Shown: piece after piece, positions 9,304 to 20,579 of the stretch
Layout: every line of letters starts with the position of its first letter
How positions within the stretch are numbered: position 1 is the first letter of the stretch
Source of the DNA: Algibacter sp.
GTDB lineage: Bacteria > Bacteroidota > Bacteroidia > Flavobacteriales > Flavobacteriaceae
DNA: 64,000 nucleotides
Reading direction: 5' to 3'
Assembly: GCA_050294475.1 (NCBI GenBank)
Contig: JBNKOE010000005.1
Coordinates: forward strand, 11,176 to 75,175
Program-made: the position numbers and the translations under genes
Notes under the pieces: model-generated
Databases searched by the model: none
What the model was told of the DNA's origin: nothing
The model's input: only the letters and a program-made list of their open reading frames with translations

Positions 9304-10002
9304 CTAATAAAATTCAGCCTCAAAAAGCACACTAAAATGTTTCAATAACTTTTCTTTAACCTCAGCTTCATCAACCCTTTGTTGCCCTAACTCTACATTT
9401 AAAGAAGTAACGGCTTTACCACGAATACCACAAGGTATAATATTATCAAAATAACCTAAATCGGCATTTACGTTAAGCGCAAAACCATGCATAGTTACCC
9501 AACGGCTAGCTCGTACACCCATAGCACAAATTTTACGAGCAAATGGTGTACCAACATCTAACCAAACACCTGTTTCACCTGAGCTTCTTTCAGCTTTTAA
9601 ACCATATTCGGCAAGCGTAAGAATAATCATTTCTTCAAGTAAGCGTAAGTATTTATGTATATCGGTAAAAAAGTTTTCTAAATCTAAAATTGGATATCCT
9701 ACAATTTGCCCAGGACCATGATAGGTTATATCGCCTCCCCTATTAATTTTGTAAAAAGTAGCTCCTTTTTCGACAAGTTGTTGCTCGTTTAAAAGCAAAT
9801 TAGATAAATCGCCACTTTTACCCAAAGTGTAAACATGAGGATGCTCTACAAATAAAAAATAATTATTAGTCTTTAAATTAGTATTGTCTTTTCTGTTTTT
9901 AATTTTGGCATCAACAATACCTTTAAACAACTGCTCTTGGTATTCCCAAGTTTGTTTGTAATCATTAAAACCTAAATCTTGCAGTTTAATTTGCTTATTC
10001 AT
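9304..10002 (-). CDS. lipB: Lipoyl(octanoyl) transferase
   Basis: [46 protein letters not shown]. Confidence 0.96.
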   Translation of the reverse strand: MNKQIKLQDLGFNDYKQTWEYQEQLFKGIVDAKIKNRKDNTNLKTNNYFLFVEHPHVYTLGKSGDLSNLLLNEQQLVEKGATFYKINRGGDITYHGPGQIVGYPILDLENFFTDIHKYLRLLEEMIILTLAEYGLKAERSSGETGVWLDVGTPFARKICAMGVRASRWVTMHGFALNVNADLGYFDNIIPCGIRGKAVTSLNVELGQQRVDEAEVKEKLLKHFSVLFEAEFY

Positions 10003-10031
10003 AGGCTGCAAAATTACAATATTTTTATGTT

Positions 10032-10190
10032 TTAATTCTTCGGATTATTAAGAATAACTAAAGCCGCAATAACACCAGGAACCCAGCCACAAATTGACAA
10101 AATAAAGACAATAATAATAGAGCCACATCCTTTATCTAAAACAGCTAAAGGCGGACAAATAATAGACAGTAAAACTCTCCAGAAACTCAT
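10032..10190 (-). CDS. YqaE/Pmp3-family small membrane protein (52 aa, absent from the ORF track)
   Basis: Manual translation [52 protein letters not shown]; PPLAV and W.PG signature. Confidence 0.88.
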   Translation of the reverse strand: MSFWRVLLSIICPPLAVLDKGCGSIIIVFILSICGWVPGVIAALVILNNPKN

Positions 10191-10297
10191 GATTTGATTT
10201 ATTTTATTTGATTAATGATACTTACTTGACGTATTAACACTACTAATGTTACAATTTATCATATTCATTTTAAAATAAATTATAGTAGATTAGTAGC

Positions 10298-11350
10298 ATG
10301 TTAAGAAACCTGATTTTGTTGTTATTTTTAATAATGTCTCTTTCTGTAAAAGCACAGTATCATTTTACAGGACGTATAGATAATAAACAATGGCAAAACA
10401 ATGTTTACCTTTCCTTAATTGAAGATTATCGAAAAATTTCTGGGGTTTATTTTGAACAAATTATAGCTAAGGTAAATACCGATAGCTTAGGTTATTTTGA
10501 GTTTTCAGGAAATCAATTAGAAGATGATAACAGAATTTACAGAATTCATGTTGACAATTGTTTTGATAACGAACAAAACAGCAATCATTTTAATGGACAT
10601 TGCAATGATAGTAAAGAAGTTATTTTCATTGCGAAAAACAATGATACCATTGCGTTCCCTTTTTCGTTTGGAAAAGAAATGTTTTGCCAAATTGAATCTA
10701 CCAACAAAAAAGCAACTGCCTTTATTAAAATTGATTCTTTAAAAGATGAAATGAAATTTGCATACAGCGAATTTAGAAGTGAAGCCAACCGAAAACTTAA
10801 TAATAAAAAATGGTTTAAAACATTACAAGATTTTGGTGAAACACAAAACGAACCCATTGCCGAACTTTATACTTATTCATTTTTATCAGATAGAAGAAAC
10901 GATTTTCACAAACATTACCTTGAAGACTTAAAAAACAATCCGTATTATCATAATTTATTAAATCGTTTAATCGAACGCTACCCAAATTCACCTTACACAA
11001 AACAATATCGAGAAGAGTTAAGCTCTGATGAATTTATAATCAATAACAATACATCTACTTCTTCTTTCAACTGGAATTATTTAACTTTCTTTCTATTAGC
11101 AGTTTCGTTAATTATTAATTTTTGGTTTTGGTATACCCAAAAAAAGAATAAAACAATTAGCAAAGCTAAAGAGCAACTTACCAAACAGGAACAAAATATT
11201 CTTAATCTTTTACTTGAAGATAAATCTAATAAAGAAATAGCCGAAGCTGTTTTTGTTAGTGTAAGTACTGTAAAAACACATCTTAACAATATTTACAAAA
11301 AACTGAATGCTCAATCTAGAGACGAAATTAAATCACTATTTAACAGGTAG
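10298..11350 (+). CDS. Membrane-anchored LuxR-type transcriptional regulator
   Basis: Signal peptide, exported domain, TM helix, then LTKQEQNIL..SNKEIAEAVFVSVSTVKTHLNNIYKKL. Confidence 0.85.
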   Translation: MLRNLILLLFLIMSLSVKAQYHFTGRIDNKQWQNNVYLSLIEDYRKISGVYFEQIIAKVNTDSLGYFEFSGNQLEDDNRIYRIHVDNCFDNEQNSNHFNGHCNDSKEVIFIAKNNDTIAFPFSFGKEMFCQIESTNKKATAFIKIDSLKDEMKFAYSEFRSEANRKLNNKKWFKTLQDFGETQNEPIAELYTYSFLSDRRNDFHKHYLEDLKNNPYYHNLLNRLIERYPNSPYTKQYREELSSDEFIINNNTSTSSFNWNYLTFFLLAVSLIINFWFWYTQKKNKTISKAKEQLTKQEQNILNLLLEDKSNKEIAEAVFVSVSTVKTHLNNIYKKLNAQSRDEIKSLFNR

Positions 11351-11457
11351 TTACAAAAAATCAACCTAGTACTAGTACTTATTTCAACCCTAAATAACAA
11401 CCTGTTATTTACTATTTTCATCATGTTTGCATCATTATTAATCAAAAAACAAACATT

Positions 11458-11895
11458 ATGATTTTATCAATTACCAAATTACAAACAGTAAAAACAAAAT
11501 TATTATTAGTAATCTGCTTATTTATTTATGCTGCAAATTTTGCTCAAGAAACAACAGCTAATACAAACGCTGGTGTATTATCCTTTAAAACAGAAATTAT
11601 AGATTACGGCACTATTGAACAAAATGCCAACGGCGAGCGTATTTTTACTTTCACCAATACTGGCAAAAGCCCTATTGTTATTACTAGTGTAAAAACCTCT
11701 TGTGGATGTACAGTACCTTCATATTCTAAAACTCCAATTATGCCAGATGAAAAAAGTGAGATTAAAGTTAAATACGCAACAAACAGAATTGGTACTTTTT
11801 CAAAAACTATCACAGTCATATCAAATGCTTCAGAAAGCAATAAAATATTGCGTATTAAAGGCGAAGTTCTAAAACCAAAACAAGCAAAAAGCTAA
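11458..11895 (+). CDS. DUF1573 domain protein
   Basis: FTFTNTGKSPIVITSVKTSCGCTVP motif. Confidence 0.9.
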   Translation: MILSITKLQTVKTKLLLVICLFIYAANFAQETTANTNAGVLSFKTEIIDYGTIEQNANGERIFTFTNTGKSPIVITSVKTSCGCTVPSYSKTPIMPDEKSEIKVKYATNRIGTFSKTITVISNASESNKILRIKGEVLKPKQAKS

Positions 11896-12014
11896 GTTTT
11901 CACTTGTTTTTATACTAAAATTAAAATCTACCAATAAGTTGTATGCTATTTTTTTGAAAATAATGTAATTTTGCAGCCATCTGTCGCAAAAGACAATATT
12001 CAAAATTAATTAGC

Positions 12015-13706
12015 ATGCAACTTTCAGAACAAGAATTAGTAAGAAGAGAAAAGTTAGTAAAATTACGCGAATTAGGAATTAATCCTTATCCCGCAGATTT
12101 ATATCCTGTAAACCATACTTCCAAACAGATAAAAGATACTTATGAAGAAGGTAAAAAAGTAGTCATTGCAGGACGATTAATGTCTCGTAGAATTCAAGGA
12201 AATGCAAGTTTTGCAGAATTACAAGATGGAGAAGGCAGAATTCAACTCTATTTTAATAGAGATGAAATTTGTAAAGGCGATGATAAGAGCAAGTATAACA
12301 ATGTTTATAAAAAACTTTTAGACATTGGAGATGTTGTTGGAATTGAAGGCGAACTTTTCACTACCAAAGTGGGTGAAAAAACGGTGAGAGTTGATAATTT
12401 TAGCCTACTAAGTAAAGCTTTAAAACCCTTACCATTACCAAGAACAGATGCTGATGGTGTTGTTCATGATGCTTTTACAGATCCTGAACAACGTTACAGA
12501 CAACGTTATGCCGACTTAGTGGTAAATCCACATATTAAAGAAGTATTTGTAAAACGCACCAAACTATTTAATGCCATGCGTTCGTTTTTTAATAACGCTG
12601 GATATTTTGAGGTAGAAACTCCTGTTTTACAACCTATTCCTGGTGGTGCAGCGGCTCGTCCGTTTATAACACATCACAATGCTTTAGACATTCCTCTATA
12701 CATGAGAATTGCCAATGAGTTATATTTAAAAAGACTAATTGTTGGTGGTTTTGATGGTGTTTATGAGTTTTCTAAAAATTTTAGAAACGAGGGTATGGAC
12801 AGAACTCATAACCCAGAGTTTACAGCTATGGAAATTTACGTAGCCTATAAAGACTACAACTGGATGATGGATTTCTGCGAGCGTTTACTAGAGCATTGTG
12901 CTATTGCCGTTAACGGAAGTACTAAAGCTAAATTTGGTGAACATGAAATAGATTTTAAAGCTCCTTACGCTAGAGTAACCATGGCTGATTCTATAAAACA
13001 TTTTACAGGATTTGACATTACTGGAAAAACTGAAGACGAAATTAGAGAAGCTGCCAAAAGCATGAATATTGAAGTAGACGAAACCATGGGGAAAGGCAAA
13101 CTTATTGATGAAATTTTTGGTGAAAAATGTGAGGGCAACTACATACAACCTACATACATTACAGACTATCCAAAAGAAATGAGTCCGTTATGTAAAGAAC
13201 ATAGAGAAAACCCGGAATTAACAGAACGTTTTGAATTAATGGTTTGTGGTAAAGAAATAGCAAATGCTTATTCTGAACTTAATGACCCCATTGACCAACG
13301 TGAGCGTTTTGAACATCAATTAAAATTGGCTGCTAAAGGTGATGATGAAGCTACCGAGTTTATCGATCACGATTTTTTACGTGCTTTAGAATACGGTATG
13401 CCTCCAACATCAGGTATGGGAATTGGTATGGACAGACTTATTATGTTTTTAACCAACAATCAATCTATACAAGAAGTTTTATTCTTCCCTCAAATGCGCC
13501 CAGAGAAAAAAGCTGTTGCAGTTAGTGAAGACGCCAAAGCTATTTTTGAAATATTAAAGAAAGCTGAAAAATTAACACTAAACGATTTAAAAGCTCAGTC
13601 TGGTTTATCCAATAAAAAATGGGATAAATCTATTAAAGAATTAACTAAAAACAATCTTGCTAAAGTTGAAAAAACAGATGAAGGATTGTTTGTTAACCTT
13701 TTTTAA
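12015..13706 (+). CDS. lysS: Lysine--tRNA ligase (class II)
   Basis: RYRQRY, EVETP, GGAAARPF, FRNEGMD..HNPEF, YGMPPTSGMGIGMDRL. Confidence 0.98.
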   Translation: MQLSEQELVRREKLVKLRELGINPYPADLYPVNHTSKQIKDTYEEGKKVVIAGRLMSRRIQGNASFAELQDGEGRIQLYFNRDEICKGDDKSKYNNVYKKLLDIGDVVGIEGELFTTKVGEKTVRVDNFSLLSKALKPLPLPRTDADGVVHDAFTDPEQRYRQRYADLVVNPHIKEVFVKRTKLFNAMRSFFNNAGYFEVETPVLQPIPGGAAARPFITHHNALDIPLYMRIANELYLKRLIVGGFDGVYEFSKNFRNEGMDRTHNPEFTAMEIYVAYKDYNWMMDFCERLLEHCAIAVNGSTKAKFGEHEIDFKAPYARVTMADSIKHFTGFDITGKTEDEIREAAKSMNIEVDETMGKGKLIDEIFGEKCEGNYIQPTYITDYPKEMSPLCKEHRENPELTERFELMVCGKEIANAYSELNDPIDQRERFEHQLKLAAKGDDEATEFIDHDFLRALEYGMPPTSGMGIGMDRLIMFLTNNQSIQEVLFFPQMRPEKKAVAVSEDAKAIFEILKKAEKLTLNDLKAQSGLSNKKWDKSIKELTKNNLAKVEKTDEGLFVNLF

Positions 13707-13859
13707 AAAAATAAGCACATTATTTTTTTTTACCTTTAATAGGAAATATTAAATTATATTAATATTTTAGTAAAAACCAATATTATCGAAATAAATAATA
13801 TTGGTTTATTATTTAATTTGGTAAAACTTCTCTCGCATTAGCCTCAAACTAAAACAGAA

Positions 13860-15914
13860 ATGTTTAATAAAATTTACAAAAAGGTAGTCTTACTACCTTT
13901 GGCTTCATTTATAATCACTTCTTTATTAGCTATTTCCGTATGGAACGAAGCTTTGTATACCAACAATCAATTAATTGAAGAAAATGTTCTTCAAACAGGA
14001 CACCTTATTTCAAAAGAGTTTAAAAACATCATAAAATCGGATATCGCTCGACTACAAAATCTCAAAAACAGAATTGAGTTTACTAATGGTATGTATTTTG
14101 AGCACTGGGAAAAAGACGCTAGTATGCTGTTAGAACAAAATTCATCATTCCAATTTTTAGAATGGATTGACAGCACAATGATAGTAAGAAAAATCACTCC
14201 TTTAATTGGAAATGAAAATGCTTTAAATTTAGATATCTCTAAAATAGAATACCGAAGAGATGAATGGATAAAGCATAGTAAAAACAATTTAGTTAATATT
14301 ACTCCATGGGCAAAATTAACACAAGGAGGACACGCTTTTTTAGTAGATATACCTGTTTATTTCCAAAATAATTTCCAAGGCACAATTACAGGTGGTATGG
14401 ACTTTAAAAAAAACTTTAATAAACTAACAACAAGTTTAGAAAACCAATATTCAATAGAATTATGGGATCATAAAAAAACTCTTTTTTATAATTTAAACCA
14501 AAATAACAAACTTAAAACTGGAAAAAATTTTGTTTTTGAAGATTATTTTTTAATAGATAGTTTAGATAATCACAAATGGCTATTAAAAGTTACTCCAAGT
14601 AACGATTTACTTATTTATCAAGCTCAAATCATTACTCATATCGCATTAATTGCAGCATTGATTTTATGTCTTTTAATAAGCTTCTTAATATACTTTTATA
14701 TAAGAACAAAAGAAAATGCAAAACAAGCATTAGCATCAAATATCAAACTTTTAAAAACAAATAAAAAGTTAAACAACGCACGCAATAGAGCTGAAAAAGC
14801 ATCACTTGCCAAAACAGAGTTTTTATCAAACATGAGTCATGAAATAAGAACTCCGCTCCATGCTATAATAGGATTTATTGAACTTTTAAAAAGTAGTACG
14901 CTTAATAAAACCGACAAAGAGTATTTATCATTAATGGAAAAAGCATCAAATAATTTATTAAATATTGTTAATGATATTTTAGATATTGAAAAAATTGAAT
15001 CTGGAAAAATAGAATTAACAGAAGTAAATTTTAATCCATCTAAAAAAATACAAGAATTAATTGATGTTAATCAATTTATATTTTTACAAAAAAATCTTTA
15101 TTTAAAAGCCAATTTCATGAATACTCATTCCATGAATGTTATTGGTGATGAAAACAAATTAATCCAAATAGTTCATAATATTATTAAAAACGGATTAAAA
15201 TTCACAGAATCAGGAGGCGTAACATTAACCTATAATGAAACTATTGTACAAAAAAATCAATTAAGAATAACAATTTCAATTAAAGACACAGGAATTGGTA
15301 TTCATCAAGATAGTTTAAATGCAATCTTTGAAAGATTTACACAAATTGAAAATAGCGTTAAAAAACACTACGAAGGTAGTGGTCTTGGGTTATCTATATG
15401 CCAAATTTTCATTAAAATGATGGGAGGAGAAATTTCAGTTAAAAGTTTGCCTAATGTTGGTACTGAATTTTCATTTGATGTATTTTTCCCAATTTCCGAT
15501 AATCGGAAAAAAGAAATAAATATTGTAAACAAAAAAAATATCAACCTATCGGATTTAAATATTTTAATTGTTGATGACAATCACCTAAATATTATTGTTC
15601 TTAAAAAATTTCTTGAAGACTTTGGAATTAAACCTGACACAGCAAAAAACGGAAAAATTGCTTTAGAAAAATTTATAAAAAAACCATATCAACTTATTTT
15701 TATGGATATTCATATGCCAGAAATGGATGGTTGGGAAGCCACAAAAGAAATTAGAAAAATCAATATGGATGTGATTATTTTTGGATTATCTGCAAATGTA
15801 ACGACTGAAGCTATTGATAAAGCTCTTGAAAATGGCATGAATAACTACCTCTCTAAGCCTTTTAAAAAGGAACATATTTATAAGCTTTTACATTTCCATT
15901 TTAGTAATAATTAA
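13860..15914 (+). CDS. Hybrid sensor histidine kinase/response regulator
   Basis: Two TM segments, FLSNMSHEIRTPL, DTGIG/GSGLGL HATPase, receiver VDD..FMDIHMPEMDG. Confidence 0.93.
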   Translation: MFNKIYKKVVLLPLASFIITSLLAISVWNEALYTNNQLIEENVLQTGHLISKEFKNIIKSDIARLQNLKNRIEFTNGMYFEHWEKDASMLLEQNSSFQFLEWIDSTMIVRKITPLIGNENALNLDISKIEYRRDEWIKHSKNNLVNITPWAKLTQGGHAFLVDIPVYFQNNFQGTITGGMDFKKNFNKLTTSLENQYSIELWDHKKTLFYNLNQNNKLKTGKNFVFEDYFLIDSLDNHKWLLKVTPSNDLLIYQAQIITHIALIAALILCLLISFLIYFYIRTKENAKQALASNIKLLKTNKKLNNARNRAEKASLAKTEFLSNMSHEIRTPLHAIIGFIELLKSSTLNKTDKEYLSLMEKASNNLLNIVNDILDIEKIESGKIELTEVNFNPSKKIQELIDVNQFIFLQKNLYLKANFMNTHSMNVIGDENKLIQIVHNIIKNGLKFTESGGVTLTYNETIVQKNQLRITISIKDTGIGIHQDSLNAIFERFTQIENSVKKHYEGSGLGLSICQIFIKMMGGEISVKSLPNVGTEFSFDVFFPISDNRKKEINIVNKKNINLSDLNILIVDDNHLNIIVLKKFLEDFGIKPDTAKNGKIALEKFIKKPYQLIFMDIHMPEMDGWEATKEIRKINMDVIIFGLSANVTTEAIDKALENGMNNYLSKPFKKEHIYKLLHFHFSNN

Positions 15915-15935
15915 TTATACAGAACTATTAAATAA

Positions 15936-15967
15936 AAAAATCAGTAATTTTTCAATTACTGATTTTT
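15936..15967. terminator. Bidirectional intrinsic terminator
   Basis: AAAAATCAGTAATT-TTTC-AATTACTGATTTTT. Confidence 0.75.
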
Positions 15968-16239
15968 ACAAACTAACCAACTAAACTAACTAACCAATAA
16001 TTTTCAATCTTAAAAAGAATGAATTTTTATATTGAATATTATATGATTTAAACTAAACTTATACAAAGAGACACATTTACATTTAGTTGTTAAAACAATT
16101 TAGAAAGGTTTAACACCAGAAATCAAACTTTTATATTTTCTTTAAGATAAAAAAATCAATATGTTAATTTTTTAAGAAAATAGGTACTTCATTTTATTAG
16201 TATAGAGAGAATTTAAATTTTTACTTATTTTTACTTTCG

Positions 16240-17454
16240 ATGCTAAAAAAAATTACGCTATTAAGTTTTTATTGCTTTTGTTCTATTTTAATAGCACAAC
16301 AAGATAGCTTATCGTTTAAAAATGGTACAGACAACCCAACACTTTTATCAACACACCATTTTGGAATTTTTAGCGCCAGAATTAATACAAATTTTAAATT
16401 TGCCCCTCCTAAAACTGCAACATTTAATATAAGCTCAGTGAGTGGTAATAACTTTCAACCATTTGTAGAAGCCTATTTACCAAAAGACCCAATAGTTAGA
16501 AAAGAACAAAGTGAACTTAGTCAGTATGAAAGGGATTTTTATTTTATAGATCAAGAAACCACTCCTGCAGATTATATGAACGTTGTAATTGATGCTGTTA
16601 TTAAAGAATTTAGGTTAACTACTTCTATTCCATTATCAAAAAAACATGAACTAAATATCTCAATACGCTCCTATTTAATAACCAAAGGGAAATTCCCTTT
16701 TTCGTTTTTTACAAGCGATGAAACTATTGAATGGTTTCACAGTAATGTAAATGGAGGTGAAGACCCTTATGGTCGTCGCTATTATGGTTTAAATCAAGTA
16801 AACTTAAAATATACCGATAGAAACAATAACACACTTGAATTAAAAAATAATGATTTTTTTATCGGAGGCTTAGAATTTAATCATTTTTATTATCCAGAAC
16901 TTTCTATAAATAAAACAAAACATATTTTCATAAACTTTGGAAGTCATTTAGGAATTAACACAACAAAATTTAACCCATCTATAGATCTTGGTATTTCCGC
17001 CAATGCTATAAAAACATTTAAACTAAAAACAAAAAAAGAACTTAATCTAGGTTTAGGAATAAATCTTTTACGCAAAAACGTTGTTAATTTTAATTCGGTA
17101 ATAGATTTAGGAAACAATCCATTTTTAGCAACGGCAGAGGGCAATATTGAATATACTAAATACACTAAAAAAAACAATTATCACGCTTTAGGTATAAACT
17201 ACCAAATTCAATCGCGATATAATAAGGTAAACGAATCCAATTATTATACACTAAGAGGTAACTGGAGTAGTATTAAGGGAGGTTGGCAATACGGATTTAG
17301 CTCTTTATACAAAAACCTATCTATTTGGTCTTTAATTTATACTTATGGGCAACCAAAATTTAAAATTTCAGCATACTTTAAAGAGGATTTTATAGTAAAT
17401 AACGCACCCGATTTTCAAACAGGATTAAGTTTACAAGTTCCCATTTTTAAATAA
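16240..17454 (+). CDS. Hypothetical exported (probably outer-membrane) protein
   Basis: Signal peptide; alternating beta-strand pattern at the C-terminus; 404-aa ORF. Confidence 0.65.
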   Translation: MLKKITLLSFYCFCSILIAQQDSLSFKNGTDNPTLLSTHHFGIFSARINTNFKFAPPKTATFNISSVSGNNFQPFVEAYLPKDPIVRKEQSELSQYERDFYFIDQETTPADYMNVVIDAVIKEFRLTTSIPLSKKHELNISIRSYLITKGKFPFSFFTSDETIEWFHSNVNGGEDPYGRRYYGLNQVNLKYTDRNNNTLELKNNDFFIGGLEFNHFYYPELSINKTKHIFINFGSHLGINTTKFNPSIDLGISANAIKTFKLKTKKELNLGLGINLLRKNVVNFNSVIDLGNNPFLATAEGNIEYTKYTKKNNYHALGINYQIQSRYNKVNESNYYTLRGNWSSIKGGWQYGFSSLYKNLSIWSLIYTYGQPKFKISAYFKEDFIVNNAPDFQTGLSLQVPIFK

Positions 17455-17724
17455 TTTATTAGGCGTTTCTATCCTAATAGCTATCGGTAGGTTTGGCTTT
17501 ATTCATTACTTCACATTTTAAATTAACGAACTCATAAATAAAACTATTTCACTACTCACTTTTTCTACAACAAAAAGTTTCTAGCAAGAGTTCAAACACG
17601 TAAACATTACCTAATAACTAAACAATCAAAACGTTAACAACACGTTAAAATTCAAACCTTGTTTAAACCTTTTTAAAGTTGATGGGTCAAAGCAACAAAT
17701 AAAACATTTAAACTCATTTACATT

Positions 17725-18183
17725 ATGAAGAAATTTATATTAATCGCAATTACTTTTATCTCTATTCAAAGTTTTGCCCAAGGACAAAGAAAAGATTTCC
17801 CTAACAGAGAGGAAAATCGTCAAAAAATGATGAATCTTTCTGCTGAAGAAATAGCTACACTACAAACAAAAAAAATGACTTTACATTTAGACTTAAATAA
17901 GTCGCAACAAGATGCCATTTATAAAATAAATTTAGAAAACGCTACACTACGAAAAACACAAATGGAAAAGCGTAAAGCTAGAAGAGAAGCAGGTACAGCT
18001 CAAAAACCTTCAAAAGATGAGCGTTTAAAGTTTATGAATTCAAGACTTGACCACCAAATAGCAGTTAAAGCAAAAATGAAAAAAATATTAGACACAGAAC
18101 AATATGCCAAATGGGAAAAGGCTCAAGCTAGAATGGCTCATAATAAAAAAGTTGCCATGAAAGGAAACAAAAAACAAAGATGA
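17725..18183 (+). CDS. Hypothetical exported helical protein (Spy/CpxP- or DUF4890-like)
   Basis: Signal peptide; MTLHLDLNKSQQ and MKKILDTEQYAKW repeats. Confidence 0.65.
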   Translation: MKKFILIAITFISIQSFAQGQRKDFPNREENRQKMMNLSAEEIATLQTKKMTLHLDLNKSQQDAIYKINLENATLRKTQMEKRKARREAGTAQKPSKDERLKFMNSRLDHQIAVKAKMKKILDTEQYAKWEKAQARMAHNKKVAMKGNKKQR

Positions 18184-18220
18184 TTTAGTTTGGTTAGTTT
18201 ATTGATTATAGTTTGTTGAT

Positions 18221-18255
18221 AAAAGCGCATTTCTTGAAATTAGAAATGCGCTTTT
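18221..18255. terminator. Bidirectional intrinsic terminator
   Basis: AAAAGCGCATTTCT-N7-AGAAATGCGCTTTT between convergent genes. Confidence 0.85.
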
Positions 18256-18259
18256 TACT

Positions 18260-19546
18260 TTATAATGTTTTCGCTACTTTGTTTACTGCTTTAATAGTGA
18301 AATCTAAATCTTCGTAAGTTAAAGCATCAGTTATAAACCAAGTTTCAAAAGCACTTGGAGCGATATACACACCTTCATTTAGCATACCATGAAAAAAGGC
18401 TTTAAAAGTTTCATTATTACCTTTTGCAGCCGTTTCAAAATCTACAACAGGTGCTTCATCAAAATGTACAGAGATCATAGAGCCTACTCTATTTATAGTA
18501 TTTGAAATATTATTCGCTTTCAATACTTCTGCAATTCCTTTATGCAAATATGCTGTCTTTTCAGCTAAACTATTAAAAACTTCATTATCACCATTTAATT
18601 CAGTTAACATAGCTAAACCTGCTGCCATGGCTAACGGATTTCCGCTTAAAGTTCCAGCTTGATAAACAGGGCCTAATGGTGCTAAATGATTCATAATTTC
18701 ATTTCTTGCTGCAAAGGCTCCAACAGGTAATCCGCCACCAATAACTTTTCCAAAGCAAACAATATCTGCTGTTATACCATATAATTCTTGGGCACCACCT
18801 TTCGCTAAACGAAATCCAGTCATTACTTCATCAAAAATCAATAATATATCATTTGCATTACATAAATCCCTTAATGCTTCTAAAAAACCTTCTTTTGGAG
18901 GAATACATCCCATATTACCTGCAACGGGTTCAATAATAATGCAAGCTATTTCATTTTTATTAGCATTAATTAATGTTTTAACATTCTCAATATCGTTATA
19001 ACGTGCTAACAACGTATCTTTTGCAGTACCCTCTGTAACACCTGGACTATTTGGCGTACCAAAAGTAACAGCACCACTACCCGCTTGTATTAAAAATGAA
19101 TCGCTGTGCCCATGATAACAACCAGCAAATTTTATAATTTTATCTTTTCCTGTAAAACCACGTGCTAAACGAACCGCACTCATACATGCCTCGGTTCCTG
19201 AATTTACAAACCGTATTTTATCAATATTTGGAACCATTGAAACCGCTAACTCTGCAATTTTTGTTTCAATTTCGGTTGGCATTCCAAATGATGTACCTTT
19301 TTTTGCTTTTTCAACAACAGCATCAACAACAGGCTTATATGCATGACCCAAAATCATTGGCCCCCATGAATTGATATAGTCTATTAAACGATTACCATCT
19401 TCATCATATAAATAAGCGCCTTTTGCTTCTTTTACAAAAATTGGATTTCCACCTACTGCTTTAAAGGCTCTAACTGGCGAATTTACACCTCCAGGAATAA
19501 CTTTCTCTGCTTCTAAAAATAAAGCACTACTTCTTTGATAATTCAT
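18260..19546 (-). CDS. hemL: Glutamate-1-semialdehyde 2,1-aminomutase
   Basis: [43 protein letters not shown]. Confidence 0.97.
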   Translation of the reverse strand: MNYQRSSALFLEAEKVIPGGVNSPVRAFKAVGGNPIFVKEAKGAYLYDEDGNRLIDYINSWGPMILGHAYKPVVDAVVEKAKKGTSFGMPTEIETKIAELAVSMVPNIDKIRFVNSGTEACMSAVRLARGFTGKDKIIKFAGCYHGHSDSFLIQAGSGAVTFGTPNSPGVTEGTAKDTLLARYNDIENVKTLINANKNEIACIIIEPVAGNMGCIPPKEGFLEALRDLCNANDILLIFDEVMTGFRLAKGGAQELYGITADIVCFGKVIGGGLPVGAFAARNEIMNHLAPLGPVYQAGTLSGNPLAMAAGLAMLTELNGDNEVFNSLAEKTAYLHKGIAEVLKANNISNTINRVGSMISVHFDEAPVVDFETAAKGNNETFKAFFHGMLNEGVYIAPSAFETWFITDALTYEDLDFTIKAVNKVAKTL

Positions 19547-19552
19547 TACTAT

Positions 19553-20575
19553 TTAATTTTTTGATATTGGTTTTACTTGTAATTCTTGCCCTATACTCAG
19601 CACCAAATCACTTAAACCATTTAAATTTTGAAGTTCTTTTACAGTCATGTTATATTTTTTAGAAATAGAATATAACGTCTCTCCTTTTGCAACAATATGA
19701 CTAATTGTTTCAGCAACCTCTTTTTTAATTTTATTATCTTCACTTACCGATTCTACAATATCTAAAACAGACTTCTTTGTTTGCAATTCCTGCCCAATAC
19801 TAAGTGTTGTATCACTTAAACCATTTATATCTTTAAGTTCATTAACAGTGAGATTATATTCTTTAGCAATAGAATACATGGTATCACCTTTTGACACAAT
19901 ATGTTTATGTTTAGAGCCATTATTTTTTATAATGTTTTTTTCCTCTTTTCTTACAACTACTGGCTCTTCATATTTTACATATCTATCTCCAAGCACTTCT
20001 CTATCAAGCTCATATAACCCGTAACGTTCTATAAGAGTTATTAGTTTATTTGGGTATTTCCTATCGGTAGCATAACCAGCAGCTTTTAAACCTTTTGCCC
20101 AACCTTTATAATCTTCTTTTTTCAATTTAAAAAGTTTAGCATAACGTTTCCTTTGGGCTAAAAATAATGAGTGATCTCTAAACGAATACTTAGGATCTTT
20201 ATATTTTCTAAAACATTCTTGCTTTTTATCGTCGTCATGATACACTCTTGCCCCCGTCCAATCATGACATTTTATTCCAAAGTGGTTATTAGCTTTTACT
20301 GAAAGCGTTCCGCTACCAGAACCCGACTCTAAAACGCCTTGTGCTAGAGTAATACTGGCAGGAATACCATAAAGACTCATTTCATTTTTAGCAATATCTT
20401 TATAAGTATCTATATATTTTTCGGTTTTATTAGCATACACTTTAGGTGTAACAACTTCTTTATTTTTAATTATTTCTTTAGAAACTACTTTAGGTCGCTT
20501 TATAACTACTGACTTTTTTGCTTTACAACTAAAAAGCACACTAACTAAACATATTATTAATAAAACTCTATTCAT
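19553..20575 (-). CDS. GH73 glucosaminidase with two LysM domains
   Basis: PASITLAQGVLESG, NNHFGIKC, GYATD; HIVSKGDTMYSIAK and HIVAKGETLYSISK. Confidence 0.93.
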   Translation of the reverse strand: MNRVLLIICLVSVLFSCKAKKSVVIKRPKVVSKEIIKNKEVVTPKVYANKTEKYIDTYKDIAKNEMSLYGIPASITLAQGVLESGSGSGTLSVKANNHFGIKCHDWTGARVYHDDDKKQECFRKYKDPKYSFRDHSLFLAQRKRYAKLFKLKKEDYKGWAKGLKAAGYATDRKYPNKLITLIERYGLYELDREVLGDRYVKYEEPVVVRKEEKNIIKNNGSKHKHIVSKGDTMYSIAKEYNLTVNELKDINGLSDTTLSIGQELQTKKSVLDIVESVSEDNKIKKEVAETISHIVAKGETLYSISKKYNMTVKELQNLNGLSDLVLSIGQELQVKPISKN

Positions 20576-20579
20576 TAAA

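Noticed and set aside
13774-13807. 13-bp inverted repeat downstream of lysS
   Set aside because: Very AT-rich and most simply a weak terminator; no further evidence.
17461-17500. Degenerate palindrome CCTAATAGCTATCGGTAGG, reminiscent of flavobacterial REP-like repeats
   Set aside because: Single imperfect copy in the window, so a repeat family cannot be supported.
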